A stretch of DNA of 64,000 nucleotides from a virus, in IMG/VR virus record IMGVR_UViG_3300033978_000457, positions 36,126 through 100,125 of that record; one strand, written 5' to 3'. A model generated the notes under the pieces. It searched no databases. It saw nothing but the letters and a program-made list of their open reading frames with translations, and had not been told where the DNA came from. Position 1 is the stretch's first letter; the number at the start of each line of letters is the position of its first letter. Both the position numbers and the translations under genes were made by a program. Below, in pieces: positions 28,606 through 37,924 of this stretch.

Positions 28606-31458
28606 TTAGAAGTTTATCATCATTCTACAGAGTAGAGTTGTAGTATTTAGGAAAGTATATAGGTAACCAACGTCACCTAGAGGGTCTTCGATATATTCTA
28701 GGAAGTTACCATTATGTGCAGCACCGTTTAACAGAGTCGTTGTACCTATTCCAGTAACTTCTTGTGTCCGAACATCCATAGCAAAGAGACGTGTTGGGCC
28801 CGAAGCAACGTTTCTTGTTAAGAATACTCTATCGCCCCCATCATAACAATATGATGAACCTGCTGTATATGATTCTGATTGAGGGTGAATAGTGATACCA
28901 AAATCCCATTTTCCAGTTGTAATATCATAGCGATCAATTTGGTTAGCACCACCACCACGTGGTGAGTAGATATATCTAGCTCTATTATTTGTACTGTTGT
29001 GAGCCCAAACAAGATCAATACCCGTACTACGAACTGGTATGGACAATATACAATAAGCAGTTGTTGCATCTGGCGTACCGGTAATAGTTAGTGCAGTAGC
29101 TGTATTTGCAGTAATTACGCTTTCAGTTCCACCAAGTGTGCCTGCCATAAAACGAATACGTTTACCTGCCCAGTAATTTGTAGTCCAGTTTTTTGTTGTT
29201 GCCTCTGTAAGCGTAGAGGCGGCACCAGCCGTGGCTAGTCCCCAGGAGTCAGCAATTTCATATTTTGTGGTTGCATCTGGAGTAAAAGATTGTGTTGTAT
29301 ATGTTAAAGTTGTTGCTGTGTTTGATGTAATTGAGATACGACCTGAGCCATATCCAGTACCCGCCTCAACTTTAAATAGATAACCAGCCCAGCAATTTAC
29401 TGGCCAATTTTTGCTTGAATCTACAAGAGTAGTAGCAGAGCCACCTGATGCACGACCATACGCTGCTTCAACACCCTGCCTACGTTGATCATCCACACCA
29501 AAAGCTTTAGTATCTTGGATGTAGTAACGAGATGTACCGTTTGCACCAGCCACAATCGTTGCAACTGTAAGAGATGTAGCTGTGTTTGAAACGATCCAAC
29601 GAGTCTGAGTAGCACCTGCTAAACCTGCAGCTTGAAGAATCACTGTTCTTCCAACGTGCTCGTTTACGATCCAGTTCTTAGATGGATCAACAATGACAGT
29701 TGTAGACTGCGAGGCTGTAGCTGCCATTGATGCCGCTTCTGATGTAGCAACAGAGAATGACGTTATTCCGTTAACACCGATAACCGTGTAAGCTGCGTTC
29801 CATCCTGCGCTGTTGCACCCAGCAAATGTAACACTATCACCAGATTTGATGAAGTGGTTAGTTGCCGTTGTAATTAGTGCTGTTGGGCCAACTGTCGTGA
29901 TTTCGATTGTACATCCAGATCCGGTACCACCGGTTGTAGCTCTACCTGTACCGACCGCGAATCCTGTAGCTGTTCCTGAATGCTGAAGAGCAATACTCGT
30001 AACAGCACCAGAAGCTCCAACTCCAGTCACGATAACCTGAGCACCAGTACCACCAACCGAACAAGTTAGAACGTCACCAAGCGAATAATTTGTGCCTGCT
30101 GCCGTTGGCGTAGCGTTTACTGCTTGAATACCAAGCGCAATACGTGCTCCGGTAGTTACGCCAAATGGAATCCAACCCCCAGCAGTACCATTAAGTGCAC
30201 AAGTGATGTTAGCTGCGACCCCATCATCAAAGTTAAGCCCACTCATCCAATAATCGTTTTCAATGGAGTAAGCAAACATTGAACTGACTGAGCCAATCAT
30301 CGTGAAAAATTTGTCATAATCAGGCCAAATTTCATAGTCGCTAGTAGAGTCTGGGGTTACAGTCCAGTCTCTGTTTAATTGAAATACTGTAGCGGTGTTG
30401 CCAACAATTCTACGATGTTGACCAATGCCTAAACCTGATTTGATATAAAGACGATAATTTACGTAGCGATCAACTGGCATAGCTGCGCCAGCATCAGTTA
30501 CCGTTCTAGCGGTGGCTGAAAGTGCGCCTAGTTTAGCTGTTACTAAAGCTGCGCCAACTTTGCCTGTTCTTTCGCAGGCAAAATCGGTCATAGCTGCGGA
30601 TGGAAGAATAGTAGCAGGTAATGATTTTTGTTGCCATGTGTCTGCAGCAATATCGTAGTAATACAACGTTGGTGCGGTTGCGCTTCCAATAAATGCGTAT
30701 ATACCGCCTGTTTTAATAGTGGCAAAAGAAGAATAATTTGGTATTGTATCCCATGCAGTAACTGTATAGCTTGCGGAAAGGATTTCAAAGTGAGATTGTG
30801 TACCAGCTGTGCTGATTGGGAGTGCGTAGGGAGCTACAGCTAAGTAAGATTGATTGTTCCAGTGATCGTGTGGCATAAGGTTAGCATCAGAAACGTACAG
30901 CGTTGTTGCATCGTTATAAAGAATCTTCTTATAACCTGTAACGCCGGTGCTGAATGTAATCGCTACTGTGTAGCCAGCCCACTGATTTATTCGCCATTTC
31001 TTTGTAGAATCTGCAATGCTAGCTGCTGCTGCAGTTGTTACAACACCGAAATCATGAATAGTATCTCCAACGTAAGTTAGGGTTTTTTCCTGCCCCGTTC
31101 CTGGCCCTTGAATAATTCTAAGAGTTTCACCGTTAAATTTACCTGTACCAATACCCCCAATTTGCACTGTGGTTGATGTAGCAGAAATAATTCGGGCGTG
31201 ATGCCCGCGATTTTTAGTAACACGGAGTTTAGTTCCAACAGCTGGCAGACCTGGACAGGTTGCAAGCTGAATAAATGTATCTGCCCAAACATCGTATTTG
31301 TAAAACGCGCTACCAACTAGAATATAGATAAATCTACTGTCTGCTGAATCTTCTGGAGATGTCATGGCGCTAATACCGCTAACCGCTACCGGACTTTGAC
31401 TCATCAATTCAAAGAATGGAAGATCAATAGTTTTCTTATTATTATTTTCAAATGCCAT
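28606..31458 (-). CDS. large putative adhesin: Kelch-like blades plus repeated beta modules
   Basis: YD...DTW / RYD..TGKW blade motifs; repeated D..K.W..N.W.G...I..NTAT. Confidence 0.65.
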   Translation of the reverse strand: MAFENNNKKTIDLPFFELMSQSPVAVSGISAMTSPEDSADSRFIYILVGSAFYKYDVWADTFIQLATCPGLPAVGTKLRVTKNRGHHARIISATSTTVQIGGIGTGKFNGETLRIIQGPGTGQEKTLTYVGDTIHDFGVVTTAAAASIADSTKKWRINQWAGYTVAITFSTGVTGYKKILYNDATTLYVSDANLMPHDHWNNQSYLAVAPYALPISTAGTQSHFEILSASYTVTAWDTIPNYSSFATIKTGGIYAFIGSATAPTLYYYDIAADTWQQKSLPATILPSAAMTDFACERTGKVGAALVTAKLGALSATARTVTDAGAAMPVDRYVNYRLYIKSGLGIGQHRRIVGNTATVFQLNRDWTVTPDSTSDYEIWPDYDKFFTMIGSVSSMFAYSIENDYWMSGLNFDDGVAANITCALNGTAGGWIPFGVTTGARIALGIQAVNATPTAAGTNYSLGDVLTCSVGGTGAQVIVTGVGASGAVTSIALQHSGTATGFAVGTGRATTGGTGSGCTIEITTVGPTALITTATNHFIKSGDSVTFAGCNSAGWNAAYTVIGVNGITSFSVATSEAASMAATASQSTTVIVDPSKNWIVNEHVGRTVILQAAGLAGATQTRWIVSNTATSLTVATIVAGANGTSRYYIQDTKAFGVDDQRRQGVEAAYGRASGGSATTLVDSSKNWPVNCWAGYLFKVEAGTGYGSGRISITSNTATTLTYTTQSFTPDATTKYEIADSWGLATAGAASTLTEATTKNWTTNYWAGKRIRFMAGTLGGTESVITANTATALTITGTPDATTAYCILSIPVRSTGIDLVWAHNSTNNRARYIYSPRGGGANQIDRYDITTGKWDFGITIHPQSESYTAGSSYCYDGGDRVFLTRNVASGPTRLFAMDVRTQEVTGIGTTTLLNGAAHNGNFLEYIEDPLGDVGYLYTFLNTTTLLCRMMINF

Positions 31459-31459
31459 G

Positions 31460-31777
31460 TTATACTGTCCACTTCACATTGGCGCGGGGGCCTACTGCGT
31501 ATCCTACGCGATTTTGAGATTTCATTTGGTCAAATGCCGAAACACCACCAATAGCCGCAATGTTATTTAGTGCTGCAACTGTAGTTACTGTAGTTACTGT
31601 AGTTACTGTAGTTACTGCAGCTAAAGTTGGTAAGGTTGGAATGCTGGCTTCGACCTGTAAACGATTAGAGCCGCCACCAACAACGTTTCCTAGTGGTTTA
31701 AGTAATCGAAAAATTTGACGCAATAACCCTAAACTGTCATCTTGCGCCATACCTTCTAAAGGCTTTTTATCCGCCAT
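31460..31777 (-). CDS. hypothetical protein with (TTV)n repeat
   Basis: VTTVTTVTTVTTV from a 9-bp tandem repeat. Confidence 0.6.
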   Translation of the reverse strand: MADKKPLEGMAQDDSLGLLRQIFRLLKPLGNVVGGGSNRLQVEASIPTLPTLAAVTTVTTVTTVTTVAALNNIAAIGGVSAFDQMKSQNRVGYAVGPRANVKWTV

Positions 31778-31780
31778 AAT

Positions 31781-33532
31781 TTATGTCCCATCACTTATCG
31801 TTAAATCCACGATGTTGCCTAGAGCGTCTGTTTCCCACCACATCCAAATACCGGTAGCAACGGGTCTAGTTTGTTGTACGTAGACTTCTGTAGCTCCACC
31901 CGGACCCCCGCCGGAACCTGAGGGACCTTGTATGCCCTGTGTTCCTGCACCTGTACTACCTTGAATACCTGTAGCACCTTGAATACCTGTAGCACCTTGA
32001 ATGCCTGTAGCACCTTGTGACCCTGCGCCTGTAGTGCCTTGAGTGCCTTGAGTGCCAGTAGCACCTTGGGTGCCGGTAGCACCTTGGCTGCCGGCGCCTG
32101 TAGTACCTTGTATGCCCTGCGCTCCTTGTGATCCAACAGAACTAATTAGTACTGCAAGGTGAACATTATTAGCAAATCCTGTTGTTCCAACTCCTCCCGA
32201 AGAAAGCAGGGTAACAGGGTATGTAACATACGCGTTAGAAGTGTTGGCATTTACAACAGTTGGGTTACCAGAAAGTTGCCAACTTTGAAAATCAGCACTT
32301 TCAATTTTAGACTGTATTCTGAATTGGCTACCTGAGGTTAGTGCAGCTAGGATAAATTCTATATCAACGCCATCATCGTTGATGTGAAAAAAGTTAATTT
32401 GCGTAGCACTAGTTTGAGTCGCATTATTCCATAACAAGTGACCTGAAAGAGGCTGACCACTAGTAGTATTAGCATCGGCTCTATAGGTAAAGACGGATGT
32501 AGATCCGCCTAAGGAACCCTGAGTACCTGTAGCACCTTGTGTACCTATAATACCCTGGGTGCCCTGAGTACCCTGAGTACCTTGAATACCTATAGCGCCT
32601 TGAATACCTATAGCGCCTTGAGTGCCTGTAGTGCCTTGTGACCCTGCGCCTGTAGTACCTTGTATTCCTGTAGCGCCTTGAGTGCCTACAGCGCCTTGGG
32701 CTCCTGTATCACCTTGTGTGCCTTGGGCTCCTACGTCCCCTTGTGTGCCCTGGGCTCCTACGTCCCCTTGTGTGCCTGCGTCCCCTTGTATGCCTGTAGC
32801 GCCTTGCGCCCCTTCGCCTGTAGCGCCTTGAGTACCTATAGCACCTTGAGTACCTGTAGCACCTTGAGTACCTATAGCACCTTGTGTTCCTGCACCTGTA
32901 GTTCCTTGAGCTCCTGTAGCTCCTTGTATACCTGTACCTATAGCACCTTGAGTACCTGTAGCACCTTGTGTTCCTGCACCTGTGGTTCCTTGAGTTCCTG
33001 TAGCTCCTTGTATACCTGTACCTGTAGCACCTTGAGTACCTATAGCACCCTGCGTTCCTACGCCTGTAGTACCTTGAGCACCAGTAGTACCTTGAGTACC
33101 TGCTCCTATAGTGCCTTGGGTACCCTGAGCACCCTGAGCACCCTGAGAACCAGTTATACCTTGAATACCTTGAGTACCCGCACCTATAATACCTTGGGTA
33201 CCTTGAACACCAGTTATACCTTGAGTGCCTTGAGTACCCGCACCTATACTACCCTGGGTGCCTTGAGAGCCTAGTATACCTTGAGCACCTTGAGAGCCCG
33301 TTATGCCTTGAATACCTTGAGCTCCAGCACCTGTAGTGCCTTGGGTACCTTGGGTACCTACTGTTCCTAAAATACCGGCTGTACCTTGAGTACCTATAGT
33401 ACCTTGAGTACCCTGCACTCCCTGTATGCCAGGCACTCCCTGATCAACAGGCAAAGCTAGTTGTACTACAACTTCATTTTCTATTACTTCAAGTGTTATC
33501 GTTTGGCCAGGCACTAGTACATAGTTTGTCAC
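31781..33532 (-). CDS. collagen-like protein with internal globular domain
   Basis: GTQ/GAT/GAQ triplet tracts interrupted by a ~125 aa domain. Confidence 0.9.
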   Translation of the reverse strand: MTNYVLVPGQTITLEVIENEVVVQLALPVDQGVPGIQGVQGTQGTIGTQGTAGILGTVGTQGTQGTTGAGAQGIQGITGSQGAQGILGSQGTQGSIGAGTQGTQGITGVQGTQGIIGAGTQGIQGITGSQGAQGAQGTQGTIGAGTQGTTGAQGTTGVGTQGAIGTQGATGTGIQGATGTQGTTGAGTQGATGTQGAIGTGIQGATGAQGTTGAGTQGAIGTQGATGTQGAIGTQGATGEGAQGATGIQGDAGTQGDVGAQGTQGDVGAQGTQGDTGAQGAVGTQGATGIQGTTGAGSQGTTGTQGAIGIQGAIGIQGTQGTQGTQGIIGTQGATGTQGSLGGSTSVFTYRADANTTSGQPLSGHLLWNNATQTSATQINFFHINDDGVDIEFILAALTSGSQFRIQSKIESADFQSWQLSGNPTVVNANTSNAYVTYPVTLLSSGGVGTTGFANNVHLAVLISSVGSQGAQGIQGTTGAGSQGATGTQGATGTQGTQGTTGAGSQGATGIQGATGIQGATGIQGSTGAGTQGIQGPSGSGGGPGGATEVYVQQTRPVATGIWMWWETDALGNIVDLTISDGT

Positions 33533-33885
33533 TAAACTGTTACCTCTGGCGTCAGGGTAATTTTGCCCTGCATCGCTCTTGTCACATCACCACTGGGCAA
33601 TACTACTTCTATGTCATATACATAACTTGTAGCTTCTAATGCGCTAGTGTCTGCAGCTATTAAAGTTATCCCAAAAACTCCTGTTGCAGTGTTTAAGAAC
33701 GCTTTTCCATTTGCTATAGTGCAAGATAGGCTAGCAGTAGTTGATGTGTGGTTTTTCTTTAATGCCCCACGAATTGTAGCGCCCGTTAAATCTACGGGCA
33801 CATCGTTAACTACATAACGCATACGAATAGGGTAATCAGCACCTTGCGGAACTACATAATCTCTAACAACTGGATCAGCAATCAA
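33532..33885 (-). CDS. BppU-like adaptor domain protein
   Basis: QGAD, PVDLTG, L.A.DT..L, YVYDIEV, QGKITL.PEVT. Confidence 0.7.
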   Translation of the reverse strand: MIADPVVRDYVVPQGADYPIRMRYVVNDVPVDLTGATIRGALKKNHTSTTASLSCTIANGKAFLNTATGVFGITLIAADTSALEATSYVYDIEVVLPSGDVTRAMQGKITLTPEVTV

Positions 33886-33920
33886 GATACTCCCTTTTGA
33901 ACCTGCATCAATTTAGATAC

Positions 33921-33957
33921 GAGAAAAAGGGTAGCAGATGGCATCTGCTCCCCTCTC
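33921..33957 (-). terminator. intrinsic terminator upstream of the fibre island
   Basis: GGGGAGCAGATG/CATCTGCTACCC hairpin + TTTTT. Confidence 0.7.
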
Positions 33958-34099
33958 AAAAAATTCATAATGCGGAAAGATTTTGGGCCTATGGGTACCA
34001 TCCCTAGTCTTTCCGGCGATCTTAGATCGCTCTCCCCAGGGTTAAATGGGGCACCCGATTTGCCTTACGTTACCACACGCAGTTTTGTCGGGACATATT

Positions 34100-34171
34100 T
34101 GGTATGAGGAGTAAGATTTGCACTTACATTGCTCCAAGCAAATGGAGGTCTTAGATTTAGATGATCCTCAT
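34100..34171 (-). ncRNA. tRNA-like RNA with 6-nt anticodon loop
   Basis: ATGAGGA/TCCTCAT-A-CCA; CTCCA-TTTGCT-TGGAG; GTAAG-TGCAAAT-CTTAC. Confidence 0.6.
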
Positions 34172-34172
34172 A

Positions 34173-34247
<75 letters not shown>

Positions 34248-34452
34248 AAATTATTCTTTAACATCAAATAGATAAAACTTGAGCATACTAACTTTTCTTG
34301 CGAATTGGTTGCGCAGCCACTCTATTCTGGCTCGCATATCTAGTGTCATGTACAACCTTTACAAGAGATTCTCGATCCCTGACTTCGGGGTGCTTCTCTT
34401 GATATGCTTTTAACAGTTTTTCTTCTAGTTCGGTCATTTCTCTTTTCTCATA

Positions 34453-34539
34453 TGGCGGATAGCGGTCGGTCTCGATCCACAGTGCTTTCACACCCAACCG
34501 CTTTCAAGGCGGTGCCCAGTCCCACTGAGTTCACTATCC
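34453..34539 (-). tRNA. tRNA-Ser(UGA)
   Basis: CTTGAAA loop, long V-arm, G73, CCA. Confidence 0.88.
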
Positions 34540-34544
34540 AAAAT

Positions 34545-34795
34545 AATTTCGGCACAAAACCCGCTAAGCGGTGAGGCCGGGATTTTCCGAATCCTATCAA
34601 CAGAGCCGGAAAGAAACTTATTTGAGGGGAGCAGCACGTTAATCTACTTGCCAATACTCTAACATAGGTACCTATGCGCCGGCGAGCTCTTGCTTTGGTA
34701 GTGCCACCCTCAAATAAGTTCGCTTGTCTCTTCTCAATCGTCGCTGGGCTAAAGCCAGGTCACATCTGTCCGAGCATCAAGAACTTATTCTTTAT
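34545..34795 (-). ncRNA. putative structured RNA with alternative long stems
   Basis: Follows promoter 34805-34845; 14-bp stem 34615-34628/34707-34720. Confidence 0.5.
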
Positions 34796-34829
34796 CGTCC
34801 TTACAGTATAGCTCGGACCCATCACAAAG

Positions 34830-35054
34830 TCAAGAACTATTTTTTAAGTTCTGCATTTCAAGAGATAGCTGATAAAGTAGTCGAATTTGCTCATCATGTG
34901 TCAGAAATTTATAGGGATCATAAAGACAGAAATCCCCTGCAGACCTAGGTTCTTGAGTAAGGAAGACACATTCTCTAGGATAATCAGTAGAGTTGGTCAG
35001 CACTCCAAAATCGATCTGCTTTCGACCGATATCATGAATAATTACCTTCATCAT
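34830..35054 (-). CDS. hypothetical protein
   Basis: ORF coupled to upstream gene. Confidence 0.45.
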   Translation of the reverse strand: MMKVIIHDIGRKQIDFGVLTNSTDYPRECVFLTQEPRSAGDFCLYDPYKFLTHDEQIRLLYQLSLEMQNLKNSS

Positions 35055-35362
35055 TTTTGGCGAGCCTTAGCGTATACATGCCAGACGTAGTTGCCATTAT
35101 CCTCTAGATACGTGCCTAGAAATTCAAATCCTTCATCAATGGGTTCCCCAGTGCCGTAGATTCTAATCTCTGCTATAACTTTAACAGTTGACTCAGGGCA
35201 ATGTTGAACCCAAACCATGGGACTATCTTTTTGAATCGCAGCATAAAGAAACTTTGCTGGCATCCCTAGCTCAATCTCACCTGAAAAGGCGGAGAACTTG
35301 TGGACGACTCGCTTCGGAGAAGGAGCAAGCATATGCTCAAGAGTTAGACCAGTCGCAGTCAT
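35051..35362 (-). CDS. conserved phage hypothetical protein
   Basis: YGTGEPI...FLGT....YVWHVY motif common in phages. Confidence 0.65.
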   Translation of the reverse strand: MTATGLTLEHMLAPSPKRVVHKFSAFSGEIELGMPAKFLYAAIQKDSPMVWVQHCPESTVKVIAEIRIYGTGEPIDEGFEFLGTYLEDNGNYVWHVYAKARQK

Positions 35363-35379
35363 AATGTTTCCTTAAAAAA

Positions 35380-35457
35380 TGGTCGGGGTGGCGGGGATCG
35401 AACTCGCGAAACCTCTCGCTCCCAAAGCGAGCGCTCTACCATCTGAGCTACACCCCG
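35380..35457 (-). tRNA. tRNA-Pro(UGG)
   Basis: CGGGGTG acceptor, TTTGGGA loop, CCA. Confidence 0.93.
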
Positions 35458-35497
35458 AGAATAGTGTGAGGCCGATATGGCTCGGCCTCAAGCCCTC

Positions 35498-35854
35498 TTA
35501 CTTGAAGAGTGTAGTAAAGTACTGAGCAGCTTTGCCAGTTAGTTTGCTAATGACTTCTTCATTAACTTCTTTGCCAGCAGCTTCAATAGCTGCGGTAAGC
35601 GCCGCATGAGCAGATTCTTTGGAAACGCGAGTTCCCGCAGCTTTCGTTCCACTCTCTTTATCAGCTTTCTTAGCTGGGGTACCTTTCGTCACATAAACAC
35701 CTGCTTTTGACAGGATCATGCGAACAGAGTTAGGTGTGAATCCCATGTTCTCCGCAACATCAGCAACAATTTGCACTGAAGTTTCAGGGGTAGGATCTTG
35801 GTCTAGATACTGCTTAATAGCATCAGCTTTAAGTTCGTCGTTCCAGGTTGACAA
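35498..35854 (-). CDS. D3: T5 D3-like DNA-binding protein
   Basis: PTPETS..IV, PNSVRMILSKAGVYV, KLTGKAA. Confidence 0.8.
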   Translation of the reverse strand: MSTWNDELKADAIKQYLDQDPTPETSVQIVADVAENMGFTPNSVRMILSKAGVYVTKGTPAKKADKESGTKAAGTRVSKESAHAALTAAIEAAGKEVNEEVISKLTGKAAQYFTTLFK

Positions 35855-35914
35855 TGTAGTTTACTCCTTGATTGTTATGAACATAATAGCACGCCTCAGG
35901 TTTGAGGTCAAGAG

Positions 35915-36577
35915 CTATTTTTTAGATATCAACTGTTTAGTTGAAATATATTTACTTAGGTGAGCTAGCGATCCTAGTTCTTCTAGACGATGAGAAGCAT
36001 AGTAGCCCCCAATTCGACCAGATTCTGTAGGCTCAAAGATGTAGCACTGATAGCTATCAGTACCATCTCTATTTTTAGCTAGATCGACTTTAATGAACTC
36101 ACACGCTGCATGGCGTGTAGCAGACCATAAAATCTCCCCCGGCTTAGGAGGCTCTAGCATTACACACTCATCTGGCAGAAACGCTGACTTAAACAGATCG
36201 TCTCCTTTGGCACGCTCAGGCACTCCAATATTGTCTAGAACCTTCTTGATAACAGATGGCCCTCGAAACGTGAATTCCGAAATATCTGAAATTGGGTACC
36301 CTTGCAAAAAAGACAGAACAATAGTAGAGATCTCACTATCAGTAAGTGGAGTATTTTTTGTTCTCTCGAAGTTTTTCTTTCTTCGAGCTGCCTTTTCTTG
36401 ATATTCTTCAATAATATTCTTTAGTCGAGTAGTATTATAGCTGATATTCAGAGCTTCGCAAGCTTCTTTCTTAGAAATAGGCTTTTCGCCCTCAAGAAGA
36501 CCGATAACACGCTCAATAGTCGCGTCATCAAGCTTTTCGTGCTCTTTTTTCTTTACGCCTTTTTTGTTGGCGGCCAT
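35915..36577 (-). CDS. D2: T5 D2-like DNA-binding protein
   Basis: KKEACEALNISYNTTRL; synteny with D3. Confidence 0.82.
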   Translation of the reverse strand: MAANKKGVKKKEHEKLDDATIERVIGLLEGEKPISKKEACEALNISYNTTRLKNIIEEYQEKAARRKKNFERTKNTPLTDSEISTIVLSFLQGYPISDISEFTFRGPSVIKKVLDNIGVPERAKGDDLFKSAFLPDECVMLEPPKPGEILWSATRHAACEFIKVDLAKNRDGTDSYQCYIFEPTESGRIGGYYASHRLEELGSLAHLSKYISTKQLISKK

Positions 36578-36762
36578 GTTCTAGTTCTCCATACTAGTTC
36601 AATTACTTCCATACTAGTATCATCCGGGTGACCTTCTGTGCTTAATTCCCACATATGGTACTTGTTACGGATATAACGCCCAAGAGTATGATGATACTGA
36701 ATCAGGTCCCGAGGATTGCAGGTAAAGAATCTGCGTAAGTCGTCCCCAGTCCAAGTTTCCAT
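36553..36762 (-). CDS. hypothetical protein
   Basis: YHHTLGRYIRN.Y.MW, HPDD.S; probably leaderless ATG at 36762. Confidence 0.6.
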   Translation of the reverse strand: METWTGDDLRRFFTCNPRDLIQYHHTLGRYIRNKYHMWELSTEGHPDDTSMEVIELVWRTRTWPPTKKA

Positions 36763-36967
36763 GATTTCATCATACACCTCTTTAGCGATGAAGTCAAGAG
36801 TCATTTTCTGCGTCTTCTTCCGGAAAGATTTCTTCCGCTTCTAGCACTGGATCTTCTATCAGTAACGGGTCTAGAATAGTAAATATTTCGTCTTCAACAA
36901 CAGGTAAGGTTGTAGGCTCTAAAACTACAGGTTTTGTAACTGGTTTTTTACCATAATATCTTGACAT

Positions 36968-37480
36968 TTATTTTTCCATAGTTTCGTCGTCATCTACAGG
37001 AAGGTCGTCTTTCCCAATTCCGCGAAGCTGCATGGTCATTAGCGCTAGAGCATTCCAGGCTACATGACCCAAGTGATGACATTTAGTTTCTTTGTCGTAT
37101 TGTTCTCCGCTTACCCAAGCATCTAAGTGCCTGTGCAAGCTTCCTAGAGTTTCGGACCAGCTCAGTCCTTTTTCCCAGTTGCGAGGCTCGTATTTATTTG
37201 CGCCTACTGTAAGAATCTGCGCTAGTGATCGAATCCACGATTGTGGAATAAGATCAAAGCGTGTTTTGCCAGTATTAAAGCGCATACCTAGGTTTGTTTT
37301 TTTAGCGGCTTCTTGTTCCCACGGGAGTAGATCCCGTTCATTTACTAGAACCCACATTTTTCCGTTCCAGGTTAGTTCTTCTTCATCCAGATTTTGAGCT
37401 GCTTCCGCTAATGCGCCTCCACGTGGTTTGGTGTCCCCGTGTTTGAGATTAGGTATCATTCTCATAAAATTACTTCCCAT
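36968..37480 (-). CDS. dATP/dGTP diphosphohydrolase-like protein (DUF5664-type)
   Basis: GK.RFDLIP, GANKY..RNW.KG, RHL, HLGHVAWN. Confidence 0.82.
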   Translation of the reverse strand: MGSNFMRMIPNLKHGDTKPRGGALAEAAQNLDEEELTWNGKMWVLVNERDLLPWEQEAAKKTNLGMRFNTGKTRFDLIPQSWIRSLAQILTVGANKYEPRNWEKGLSWSETLGSLHRHLDAWVSGEQYDKETKCHHLGHVAWNALALMTMQLRGIGKDDLPVDDDETMEK

Positions 37481-37695
37481 TTAGTTTCGAGGTTAAGAGT
37501 GCGCCAGCCTTCTTTTTCAATATCGTATACTACGATATGATTTTCATTCTTCTGGCCCGTAGATGTCCCATTCACTTCCGGAATCAGATCCGGCTTCAGT
37601 GTACAGAACATCTTTCTTGTGCTTCCGTCCTTTTTTACGAACGAGATCGTCAGCTCTTTTTCTCGCAACAAATTTAAGAGGTTTTCTTTGTTCAT
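37462..37695 (-). CDS. WYL-like small protein
   Basis: F.KKDGS.RKM.CTL, VYDIEKEGWR. Confidence 0.72.
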   Translation of the reverse strand: MNKENLLNLLREKELTISFVKKDGSTRKMFCTLKPDLIPEVNGTSTGQKNENHIVVYDIEKEGWRTLNLETKWEVIL

Positions 37696-37915
37696 TTGGC
37701 ACCTTAAAATAATTAGCCGCTCGGATGAGCATTTTGTAGTCTTTAATATCACCTTTTAGAGGCACTTCTGCGCTATGAAGATAGACCTCTAAATTATCTG
37801 CAAGTGCATCTAGGCGTGCGACAACAATTTTATCTGCTTCGTCGCCGTCTAAAGACACTTCTACAGTCATTTTCATTTTAATCTCCAAGAAAGGCTTGCC
37901 CGCTTTCGCGGGCAA
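37544..37915 (-). CDS. hypothetical protein
   Basis: ORF with SD before MKMTVEV; long overlap at the C-terminus. Confidence 0.45.
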   Translation of the reverse strand: MPAKAGKPFLEIKMKMTVEVSLDGDEADKIVVARLDALADNLEVYLHSAEVPLKGDIKDYKMLIRAANYFKVPNEQRKPLKFVARKRADDLVRKKGRKHKKDVLYTEAGSDSGSEWDIYGPEE

Positions 37916-37924
37916 GCTTGTTAA

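Noticed and set aside
27152-33274. Long plus-strand Ser/Thr/Leu ORFs (27152-28609, 32660-33274)
   Set aside because: Antisense shadows of collagen repeats
26789-33532. Repeats as a possible CRISPR array
   Set aside because: In-frame triplet repeats with no unique spacers and no cas genes
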